Origin: Planctomycetia bacterium
GTDB lineage: Bacteria; Planctomycetota; GCA-002687715
DNA: 64,000 nucleotides
Assembly: GCA_005790545.1 (NCBI GenBank)
Contig: SXUL01000036.1
Span: 6,534 to 70,533, forward strand
Direction of reading: 5' to 3'
This document shows positions 46,395-54,639 of this stretch, in pieces. Each line of letters begins with the position of its first letter. Position 1 is the stretch's first letter. The position numbers and the translations under genes were made by a program. Below the pieces are notes generated by a model that saw nothing but the letters and a program-made list of their open reading frames with translations, was not told the origin of the DNA and did no database searches.

Positions 46395-47509
46395 TTTCCT
46401 CCGCTCACTGGCAGCTTGACTGCGGCCTCGAGCGGACGCTCGAAGATGAGACCGTCGAACTCCAATTCCACCGTGCCAGCGCGCACAGCGCGCACCAGCA
46501 CTCCATCAACCGATTCGCCCGCGACGTAGCCACGGCCATTGATGATCACGAGCGAGCGCCGTGCATCATTCGCGGCCACAATGGCCCCGTTGATATCGAT
46601 CTTCTTTGCGGCGAGCGCCGCGGCACGTTCTGCCTCGCGCCTGGCCTTGTCGGCGACAGCCTTGGCGGCTGAATCCTCCAACGGCACTGGGGCTGTGACA
46701 GCCACCTCAGTGGTCGCCACCGGCTGCGCTTTCACGGCTGGCTCCTCCGCAGATGCGACCGGTGCTGGGTCTCTGAACGGATCACGCCGTTTGCCGGAAC
46801 CTTCGTAGACGTAGCGCTCGAAACTGGCGACCGTCGTCACGGGTTTGCGCTGAGCAACGAGTTGCTGCATGCGCTCCGCACCACCCGCGATTTCGACATC
46901 ACCGTTCTCCGGGGTGCGCGGCGTGTAGACATAGGTCTCAAGGCTGAGATCCACGCTGTGGGGCTTGGCCGTCTTGTCGCCCTCGCCGGAACCGCTCTCG
47001 ATCGAGAGGCTCGGAAAGCTGACAAAGCGTGCATAGCGGTTCTCGAAGCAATCGAGGAAATGCAGCAGACCATCCATGTCTGCCGCCAGCTTCAGGCGAT
47101 AGGTCACGCGCGCGAAAGCCTCGCGGGCCGCCCCTTTCCTTGCCGTCCGTTGGCGCGCCATGGAGTCATCCAGTTCAGTGATCTGGACCTTGGACTCCGC
47201 CGCGAAACGCGTGAGCTGCTCGACGAAGTCGTTGATTTCCGCATCATCCGGGAGCATCTGCCCGATGGTTTCAAGCCGGTGCCGCTGCAGCAGCACCTCG
47301 TCTTCAAGCCCCTTCACCACCGCCAGCTCGCGGTCGGCCTTCGTGATGCGTGCGCTGAGACTCTCGCACTCCTCGTCGAGCGCTGTGCTCTCCCCGAAGG
47401 CATTCCACGCCTCGAAGGCCGCGTAGCCGCCACCCAGCATTCCCACGACGACCGCCAGCAGCCAGGGCCGTCGGACCGCTTTCATCAGTTCCTGTGCGCG
47501 CTGACTCAC
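46391..47509 (-). CDS. PilO-like protein fused to a C-terminal PilP/GspC-HR-like domain
   Basis: TM plus coiled coil, LPDDAEINDF, LLHFLDCFEN (PilO-like), then RRDPFRDP and INGAIV...VIING...GESVDGVLVRAV. GTG start overlaps the upstream stop. Confidence 0.7.
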   Translation of the reverse strand: MSQRAQELMKAVRRPWLLAVVVGMLGGGYAAFEAWNAFGESTALDEECESLSARITKADRELAVVKGLEDEVLLQRHRLETIGQMLPDDAEINDFVEQLTRFAAESKVQITELDDSMARQRTARKGAAREAFARVTYRLKLAADMDGLLHFLDCFENRYARFVSFPSLSIESGSGEGDKTAKPHSVDLSLETYVYTPRTPENGDVEIAGGAERMQQLVAQRKPVTTVASFERYVYEGSGKRRDPFRDPAPVASAEEPAVKAQPVATTEVAVTAPVPLEDSAAKAVADKARREAERAAALAAKKIDINGAIVAANDARRSLVIINGRGYVAGESVDGVLVRAVRAGTVELEFDGLIFERPLEAAVKLPVSGGK

Positions 47510-49128
47510 TTGGCACCGCCTTTCGCCACCGCGCCCGCAGGCGTGGGCACCTTCGCTGCCAATTGCAGTTCGATGGCGGCAGTCCATGCCGAACGACCAT
47601 CCTGGAACTCCACGGCCTTTCCGGCGGGGTTCGTCAGCGCCTCGAAACCGTCGCGATAGAACGTCGAGTCCTTCAGACGCTCGTGGAAGTCGTTGAAACG
47701 CTGCAGTGCGTCGCCATCAGCGCCTGCAAGACAGAATCCTTGCAGTTTCACCTGCTGGCCACCAGGCTTCTTGCCGGGCGCGACACGCGCCTCAGGCGGC
47801 TTCACGGAGAGACTCGAGATCCACATGGCACTGCCGGCCACATCGGACGCGTGCGTCACCTGCCAGAATTCGTCCAGCTTCCGCGTCCACGGCACGCGCG
47901 AGGCTGCGATACCCGCAAGCGTCTTGCCATGCTCCTCGATGTCCGCGCGCTCTGCACGGAGCTTCGAGAGATAGGTCTGGCGTACTTCCCGCTGACGCAC
48001 GGAGGCCTCAAGCCGCGTCTTTTCTGTGCGGCCTGCGGTCAGAGGACCGGTCTCGATCCACCACCAGGCGCCCCCTGCGGTGACAGCAAAGAGCACAGCC
48101 GCTGCGACAGCCGCCACACGCTTCGGGTTGAAGCGTTGCTGCGTGCGGCGGGACGACGGGAGCAGATCCGGCACACTCGTTCTGCAACTTGACAACCGCG
48201 CCAGACCCGCAGCCACGGCGAAGACCGCGCGCCGCTCCGGCGACAGTGCCGCAAGCTCGCCTTCCAGCGTCATGCCGCGGAATGGATCGAGCAACGAGAC
48301 CTTCATGTGCAACGCACGTTCCAGCGTCTCGGCAAGACCCGGGACGCCAGCGCCGGCGCCGGCAAGCAAGACCTCATGAGGGCGCGTGCCATCCGCGGAC
48401 TCGACAAGATGCAGCAACAGTTCCGCTTCGGAAACGAGTTCCTGGTTGGTTGCGGCGAGAGCTTCTTTCAGCTGCGCTTCATCCTCGCCCTGCATGCGCT
48501 TAAGTGCGCGTTCTGCATTGCATCCGAGGGCTGCGGCAGCCACGCGTGCGATATCCGCAAGCCCGGTCGCCGTCTCGCGTTCGGCCACGGGCCAGCCGGC
48601 GCGAACCGCCACAAGCTGCGTGCCCGCGTCCTCGATCGCGAGGATCATTGCGTCTGAGTTCTCACCTGCAGCCGCAGCGAGGGCCAGAGCACGCCCGTGC
48701 AACGACACTGGCGTGAAGCCCGCGTCGTCCAGTTCAGCGAGTGCCGCATCGATGACCGTGATGGGTGCCACCGCAACGAAGGGCACGCCTTTCGGGCCGC
48801 TGCCGAGGCTGGCGGACAGTTCGGCCGGCCCGTGCGGGAGGTCCTGCGCCGCCAACTGCCGCCCTTCAGCCAGTGCGTCCGCACCGGGAGCCACCGGCAC
48901 CGGGCGCATCCAGACAGAGCCTGCAGGCAATGCCAGCGCTGCGCGCACATGCGCGTGTTGACTGGCCCGCGCCTGCTTCAAGGCCGCCACGACTCCTGCG
49001 GACTGTTCCGCCGGCCAGGCCGCCGCCGTGGTGACCATGATCCCCTGAGGCCCGGAACGAAACGCGACGCCGCGCACCAGGGTCGGGCACGTGTCGAGCG
49101 CCATCGTGATTTCTGCTCTGCGGAACAT
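47506..49128 (-). CDS. PilM-PilN fusion (GspL-like architecture)
   Basis: Actin-like PilM features (VLLAGAGAGVPGLAETLERAL, LDPF, AVAAGLA), then PilN-like PDLLP, TM, coiled coil, RVPWTRKLDE, MWISSL. Confidence 0.75.
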   Translation of the reverse strand: MFRRAEITMALDTCPTLVRGVAFRSGPQGIMVTTAAAWPAEQSAGVVAALKQARASQHAHVRAALALPAGSVWMRPVPVAPGADALAEGRQLAAQDLPHGPAELSASLGSGPKGVPFVAVAPITVIDAALAELDDAGFTPVSLHGRALALAAAAGENSDAMILAIEDAGTQLVAVRAGWPVAERETATGLADIARVAAAALGCNAERALKRMQGEDEAQLKEALAATNQELVSEAELLLHLVESADGTRPHEVLLAGAGAGVPGLAETLERALHMKVSLLDPFRGMTLEGELAALSPERRAVFAVAAGLARLSSCRTSVPDLLPSSRRTQQRFNPKRVAAVAAAVLFAVTAGGAWWWIETGPLTAGRTEKTRLEASVRQREVRQTYLSKLRAERADIEEHGKTLAGIAASRVPWTRKLDEFWQVTHASDVAGSAMWISSLSVKPPEARVAPGKKPGGQQVKLQGFCLAGADGDALQRFNDFHERLKDSTFYRDGFEALTNPAGKAVEFQDGRSAWTAAIELQLAAKVPTPAGAVAKGGAK

Positions 49129-49243
49129 CTTTGTTGCAAGCCCGTTCCCCTTCCGGACGTACGGGGAGCGTGTGGCTGCTCATGCGGTTTTCGGTCCCCA
49201 CGGGATGCGCCTTGAGCGGCGCTCTGACGCAGCTTCGGGACTC

Positions 49244-50986
49244 TCAGCCCCGGCGGGTCGGCCGACGGAAGCTCTCGTGATGGGCGCGCAGGATCCGTCC
49301 GGATGCTTCGGGGCCTGGCGCCTCCAGCATGGCACGCGCGAGAACGCGGCACGTTGCGTCATCGCAACGTCGCGCTTCGTCCACGACATCCCGGACGCGA
49401 CTCGGCGCCATGCTGAGGCGTGTGAGGCCGAGCCCGAGCAGAACGGGGGTGTAGAGACCCATCCCCGCCATTTCTCCGCAGACCGTGATGGGTTTCGAGA
49501 GCCGGCGTGCCGTTTCCGCTGCCATGTGAAGGAGTTTCAACACGCCCGGATGGTGCGGAATGAAGAGGTCGGCCACGTCGCGGTTCGTGCGGTCGACCGC
49601 CAGTGTGTACTGGATCAAATCGTTGCTGCCGATGCTGATGAAATCCGCCGCTGCAAAGAGGCTTTCGCCGACGAGAGCCGTGACCGGCAGTTCGAGCATC
49701 GCTCCCGCGGGTACGTCCTCCCGGAATTTCACACCTTCGGCCCGGAGCCCCGTGGCAGCCTCGGCCAGACACGCGCGCGCACGCGCAAACTCCTCGGCAT
49801 CGCTCACCATGGGAAAGAGAATGTGCGCGTTGCCATGCACACTTGCGCGCAGCAGCGCGCGCAGTTGTGTCGTGAAAATCTCTCCGTACGCGAAGGAGAG
49901 ACGGAGTGAACGGAGCCCGAGGGCCGGATTCGGCTCGCGCAATGAGTGGATACGCGGGTCCCACTTGTCCGAGCCGAAGTCCATCGTGCGGATCACCACC
50001 GGCTTCGGCGACATCGCCTTCAGAATGCGCGTGTAATGGGCGGTCTGCTCCTCCTCGCCGGGCGTGTGATCACGTCCGAGGTAGAGGTACTCGGTACGGT
50101 GCAGCCCGACACCCGCGATACCCAGCGAATTGAGCGACTTGATGCTCTCATCGCTGTCGATGTTGACGAAGAGCTCGAAGGTCGTGCCATCTCGCGTGCG
50201 CGCCGCGCCCACATCGCGAAGTGCGCGGTCCTTCAGTCGGCGCAGACGCGCCTTGGCGTTGCGCACCATCGGTGTTGTCGGCCCCACCACGAGACGCTGG
50301 TGGAAACCGTCCACGATCACCGGCGTGCCGGCGGCCACGCGCCCGAGCCCCGAACCGAGACCGATCAATGCCGGAATGCCGAGATGGCGCGCGAGAATGG
50401 CTGTGTGCGAAGCAGGTCCACCGTGCGCGGTGGCGAATCCGATCACGCGCTGTCGGTCGAGCGTGGCGGTCTGCGTCGGCGTCAAATCATCCGCGATGAT
50501 GACGCAGTTCTTCGGCAGTTTGCCCGTGAGGCTCGCAGCCTCAACGCCCTGCAATTTGTCGACCAACCGGCGCTGGATGTCGAGCAGATCCGGAATACGA
50601 CTCGGCAGTGGCTCCGGCAAACCGCGCAGTTCCTCCATGAGGTCCCTGAAGCGGCGGACAACAGCACTGGCGGCCTCCCAGCGGCCCTCCGAAATCAGCG
50701 TGCGGATGGGCCGCAGGATGGAGACTTCATCCTGCAGGAACATGAGGTACGTGTTGATGATGCTTCCGGCATCGCCGCCGAGCGTCGCCTTGGTGCGTTC
50801 GCGCAACTCCTCGATGTCCGCGGCAACCTCGCGCACAGCCAGATCGAAGCGCTCGATCTCCTTCGGAACTCGAGCGCGCGCAACCTGCAGTTCGGGAGTA
50901 TCGCGCTCCACGCTGCCGACGATGACAGCGACGCCCACGGCGATCCCGTCCGAGACCGTGATGCCGCCGATGTGCTCCATGCTCAC
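49244..50986 (-). CDS. ptsI: PEP-protein phosphotransferase, PTS Enzyme I
   Basis: GGPASHTAILAR (phospho-His), GLHRTE, EPNPALGLR, FISIGSNDLIQY, CGEMAG. Confidence 0.95.
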   Translation of the reverse strand: MSMEHIGGITVSDGIAVGVAVIVGSVERDTPELQVARARVPKEIERFDLAVREVAADIEELRERTKATLGGDAGSIINTYLMFLQDEVSILRPIRTLISEGRWEAASAVVRRFRDLMEELRGLPEPLPSRIPDLLDIQRRLVDKLQGVEAASLTGKLPKNCVIIADDLTPTQTATLDRQRVIGFATAHGGPASHTAILARHLGIPALIGLGSGLGRVAAGTPVIVDGFHQRLVVGPTTPMVRNAKARLRRLKDRALRDVGAARTRDGTTFELFVNIDSDESIKSLNSLGIAGVGLHRTEYLYLGRDHTPGEEEQTAHYTRILKAMSPKPVVIRTMDFGSDKWDPRIHSLREPNPALGLRSLRLSFAYGEIFTTQLRALLRASVHGNAHILFPMVSDAEEFARARACLAEAATGLRAEGVKFREDVPAGAMLELPVTALVGESLFAAADFISIGSNDLIQYTLAVDRTNRDVADLFIPHHPGVLKLLHMAAETARRLSKPITVCGEMAGMGLYTPVLLGLGLTRLSMAPSRVRDVVDEARRCDDATCRVLARAMLEAPGPEASGRILRAHHESFRRPTRRG

Positions 50987-51267
50987 TCGCCGAAACCGGC
51001 GTCCACGAGTTGCACCAGGGCCTGCACAGCCAGTGCTGCGCCCGATCCGCGGGCCTCGAACACAAGCTCAGTGCCGCGTGGCGAAGCCAGCATCATCACT
51101 TCCATGATGCTCTTGCAGTCCGCCTCGCGCGTACCCACACGCAAGGTGACAGAGACCGCCTTGAAGGGTTCAGAGTTCGCCGTCTTCACGATGAGCGCCG
51201 ACGGACGCGCGTGCAGACCCTGCTCATTCTTGAGCACCACGGTCGCTGTGGCATCAGGCGGCGTCAT
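50983..51267 (-). CDS. ptsH: Phosphocarrier protein HPr
   Basis: GLHARPS (His15) and KSIMEVMML (Ser46). Confidence 0.95.
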   Translation of the reverse strand: MTPPDATATVVLKNEQGLHARPSALIVKTANSEPFKAVSVTLRVGTREADCKSIMEVMMLASPRGTELVFEARGSGAALAVQALVQLVDAGFGE

Positions 51268-52229
51268 GGGAATCGAGGCTCCATCTGGGCAAGGACGAGC
51301 GCCGCCAGGCGCTCGCTGTCGTGACGCACCATGCCACCCGGGAGCACCGTCGACAACGGGGCCCGGATCAGCGGAATGCCCGCAACAGTCTCCACCAGCG
51401 GAGGAACTTGCACTGGTTCCGCCCCTGCTGCCGCATAATTCTGCAGGACCTCGCCCTCGGCCTGCGTGCTGGAGCAGAGCACGGCATCGAGGCGCTCGAG
51501 GCCTGTCACCTGTCGCAACTGCGTCACATGACGGGCGAGATCAAAGCCATCCGTTTCGCCCGGCTGGGTCATGAGATTGGCCACGAGAAGGCGTCGCGCC
51601 GGCGAGGCTTCGATGGCCTCCACCATGCCCGGAACAAGCAGGTTGGGAGCGAGACTCGTGTAGAGGCTGCCCGGACCGATCACGATGAGTGCGGCCTCCG
51701 CCAGTCGCGCACGGATCTCGGCCGTGAGTGGCGGCGGCTCGGGGCGCAGCGCCATGGAAGTGATCGGCTTGCCGGCGTTCGCGATGGCCTGTTCGCCGGT
51801 TGATTTGCTTCCATCCGGATGCAGTGCTTCCAGCACCACGCGCGCTTCGGTGCTCGGCAGGACCTCTCCGGCACAGTCGAGAAAGATTGCCGTGCGCCTG
51901 AGTGCTTCGGTGAAATTCCCGCCGAGCTGTGTGAGCACTGTCAGGAACAGATTGCCGAAGGAGTGGCCGCGCAGGATCGAGTCCGTGAAGCGGTAGCTCA
52001 TCAGTTCCTGCAGCAGAGGATCACCGCGTGAAAGTGCGACGAGACAGTTGCGCGCATCCCCCGGCGGTGGCATCTGGTAGTCCTTGCGCAGCCGCCCGGA
52101 AGATCCCCCATCGTCAGCCACGGTGACCACGGCCGTGATCTCGCGCGTGTGCGCCTTGAGGCCGCGCAGGCAGGCAGCGATACCGGTCCCCCCACCGAGC
52201 ACGACGATGCGTCGGGAAGGAGCGTGCAT
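51264..52229 (-). CDS. yvcK: YvcK/GlmR (CofD-related) UDP-GlcNAc-binding protein
   Basis: GGGTG, VTVADDGGSSGRLR, PPGDARNC, GHSFGNL, GPGSLYTS, NLMTQPGET, RHDS. Confidence 0.92.
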   Translation of the reverse strand: MHAPSRRIVVLGGGTGIAACLRGLKAHTREITAVVTVADDGGSSGRLRKDYQMPPPGDARNCLVALSRGDPLLQELMSYRFTDSILRGHSFGNLFLTVLTQLGGNFTEALRRTAIFLDCAGEVLPSTEARVVLEALHPDGSKSTGEQAIANAGKPITSMALRPEPPPLTAEIRARLAEAALIVIGPGSLYTSLAPNLLVPGMVEAIEASPARRLLVANLMTQPGETDGFDLARHVTQLRQVTGLERLDAVLCSSTQAEGEVLQNYAAAGAEPVQVPPLVETVAGIPLIRAPLSTVLPGGMVRHDSERLAALVLAQMEPRFP

Positions 52230-52235
52230 GCGGTC

Positions 52236-52745
52236 TCAGCCCTCCTGGGCTGCTTCGACAAGGATTTCCGACACGGCCGCGGTGTCCGATGCAGTCGCGA
52301 TGAAGCGCCTCCACGCGGAATTGCGCAGCGTGCTCGCAAGGAAGGAAAGCGCCTGGAGATACTTCGCGCGTTCACTTTCGGGGCCAGCCAGACAGAGCAA
52401 CACACGGGTCGAGTCCCCGTCGAGGGCACCGAAGTCGACGCCTGCCGGATGCAAGGCCACCAGCAGGTGGATGCACTTGAAGGACGGATGAAACACGTGC
52501 GGCAGGGCCACACCGAATCCGAAAGCCGTGGTCCCGCGGTTCTCGCGTTCGAGATAGGCAGCCGAGATCTCGTCCGAAAGCGCTGCGTCCATCGCTCCCG
52601 CGCGTGCGAGAGCCGCCGCAACTTCACCGAACACCTGCTCCCGGGTGGTCCCGGCAAGCCTCTCGATCCCGTGCTGCGCCCCGACGATCGAGTCCAGATT
52701 CATCACCACGTCCCCGTTGTTCACGAACGTCTTGCGAAGGCGCAT
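52236..52745 (-). CDS. PTS EIIA component (PtsN/fructose-type)
   Basis: ERE..GTTAFGFGVALPH, GVDFGALDG. Confidence 0.88.
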   Translation of the reverse strand: MRLRKTFVNNGDVVMNLDSIVGAQHGIERLAGTTREQVFGEVAAALARAGAMDAALSDEISAAYLERENRGTTAFGFGVALPHVFHPSFKCIHLLVALHPAGVDFGALDGDSTRVLLCLAGPESERAKYLQALSFLASTLRNSAWRRFIATASDTAAVSEILVEAAQEG

Positions 52746-52816
52746 GCACCCAGCGGCATGCCTTCGGCCATGCGCAAGCTATGCACTGCAGTGCGTGCGC
52801 TCAAGCAGCCCGCGCA

Positions 52817-53113
52817 TCACCCCCTGTGCGAACTGAGTTTGTCCTTCCACGCCCTGATCTGGGCGGCGAGACGGGCCTCGCAGGCATCGATGGCCGTGCG
52901 CAGCTCGGCCGCCTCGGCGTGGGCAACGAACTGATGGCCACGTGGCCCCTGCACGATGACTTCGACGCGCTCTCCATCAGGCGTGGCATCCACCACCACT
53001 TCCGCGTGTTCGAGACGCTCCGCCAGGTGTGCCACCTTGCCCAGCTTCTCGCGCAAGTACTGCTGCGATTCCGCGCTGAGGTGTTGGTGCCGACCGGTGA
53101 TCTTGATCTCCAT
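52817..53113 (-). CDS. hpf: Ribosome hibernation factor HPF/RaiA (short form)
   Basis: MEIKITGRH, YLREKLGK, AID...LAAQIRAWKDK. Confidence 0.9.
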   Translation of the reverse strand: MEIKITGRHQHLSAESQQYLREKLGKVAHLAERLEHAEVVVDATPDGERVEVIVQGPRGHQFVAHAEAAELRTAIDACEARLAAQIRAWKDKLSSHRG

Positions 53114-53146
53114 GCGTTGACTCGCTCCTCTCAGGACCTCAGGATT

Positions 53147-53911
53147 CTACTGCCGCGGCTCCGGGTAGTGAACGCTCATCAACATGAGGCCGTGTGGCGG
53201 CACCGTGAAACCTGCGTGCGTTCGTTTGGCCCCCTCGAGCAGCGCTGCCACGCTCTCCATCGGGCGCCGCCCCTGCCCGACTTCAATCAGCGTGCCCGTG
53301 ACGATGCGCACCATGTTGTAGAGGAACCCCGTGCCGGTGAGATCCACGTGCACGAATTCGTTTTCGGCCGTCACGCGAGCCTCGAGAATCGTGCGCACAC
53401 AGGATTTTTTCCGCGCCGCCTCCTTCGCGAACGCCGAAAAGTCGTGGCGGCCTTCGAGCAATCGGGCTGCGGCATCCATGCGCTGCACGTCGAGCGCCTG
53501 CGGAAAATGAAAACTCGTGAGCCGCGCGAGGGGTCTGCGTGCCGGGCCGCGGAGAATCGTGTAGCGGTAGTGCTTCGACTTCGCGGACTTCCGCGCATGA
53601 AAACCCTCGGCAGCCTCCTCGATGTCAAGCACGGCAACGTCGTCCGGCAGCACCGCGTTGAGGCCGAGACGGAGCTTGCGCGGCATGATCTTGCGGGAGA
53701 TGGCGACGCTCACCACCTGCGCACGGGCATGCACACCGGCATCCGTACGGCCGGAGGCCTCGGTCAGCACGCGCTCGCGCGTGATGGTGAACAGCGCATC
53801 CTCGAGAACCGCCTGAATGGAAAGACCATTGTCCTGTCGTTCCCAACCAACGTAGCGCGTGCCGTCGTACTCGATGACCAGCTTGAGATTCTGCGCGACC
53901 TTTTCGTTCAT
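53147..53911 (-). CDS. truA: tRNA pseudouridine(38-40) synthase
   Basis: IEYDGTRYVGWERQ, SGRTDAGVHA, FHAR, HDFSAF, FLYNMVR, PPHGL. ATG at 53911 overlaps the pentapeptide gene stop. Confidence 0.96.
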   Translation of the reverse strand: MNEKVAQNLKLVIEYDGTRYVGWERQDNGLSIQAVLEDALFTITRERVLTEASGRTDAGVHARAQVVSVAISRKIMPRKLRLGLNAVLPDDVAVLDIEEAAEGFHARKSAKSKHYRYTILRGPARRPLARLTSFHFPQALDVQRMDAAARLLEGRHDFSAFAKEAARKKSCVRTILEARVTAENEFVHVDLTGTGFLYNMVRIVTGTLIEVGQGRRPMESVAALLEGAKRTHAGFTVPPHGLMLMSVHYPEPRQ

Positions 53912-54615
53912 GGTCCGGGCGTTGTGCGACCGAAGCGCGCGCCCACGGCACGAGAGCCCTTGAGCGCCCCGGCTGTCACGCCGGTGCCGGAGAAGTCGGC
54001 TTCCTCGAGGTCGCACTCTTCGAAACGTGTCGCCTCCGTGATGGCCGCAATGAAACGCGAGCGGGCCAGCAAGCAGCGCTCGAAGTGCGTGCGGGTGAGA
54101 TCTGCGTCCGTGAAATCCGCATCGGCCAATCGACAACCGGAAAAGCGCGCGCCCGTGGCGATGGAGCCCTGGAATGCGCCCCGCTCCAACCCTGCGTTCT
54201 CGAAGATGCTGCCGCTGGTGTCCGCCGCCGAAAAATCTGCTCCGGACAATTCGGTCGCGAGCAGCACGCAGTTCAACAGACTGCTGCCATGAAAATCGGC
54301 CCCGGCGAGGATGGCGTCCGCGAGCGGCGTCTCCTCAAGCAGTGCAAAGGCGAATTTCACACCCGCCCCGCGCGCACCCACCAGACGCGTGCGCCGGAGG
54401 ACGGCCAGTTCGAAAACGGTGCCCGTCAGCCGAGCGTCCTTGAGACTCGCATCCGTCAGCACAGAGCGCGTGAAGAGCGCACCTTCCAGGTTCATCCCGT
54501 CAAAATGACAACCGGCGAGGTCCAAGTCCCGCAAGTCTGCTCCGGCGAGATCCAGCCGGGCAAGAACCCGCTCTCCGGCCAGAGCAGCTTCGATGTCAGC
54601 ACGCGGGGATGGCAT
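53908..54615 (-). CDS. Pentapeptide repeat protein
   Basis: Nearly continuous A(D/N)(L/F)xx repeats (ADLRD, ASLKD, ARLTG, ADFSA, ADFTD, ADLTR). Confidence 0.92.
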   Translation of the reverse strand: MPSPRADIEAALAGERVLARLDLAGADLRDLDLAGCHFDGMNLEGALFTRSVLTDASLKDARLTGTVFELAVLRRTRLVGARGAGVKFAFALLEETPLADAILAGADFHGSSLLNCVLLATELSGADFSAADTSGSIFENAGLERGAFQGSIATGARFSGCRLADADFTDADLTRTHFERCLLARSRFIAAITEATRFEECDLEEADFSGTGVTAGALKGSRAVGARFGRTTPGP

Positions 54616-54639
54616 CAGGGAACTCCACGCTCCTGCGCA

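Noticed and set aside
49135-49150. GG-N10-GC with TTGCA upstream of pilMN
   Set aside because: Poor -24 element (GGGGAAC); not supportable without TSS data.
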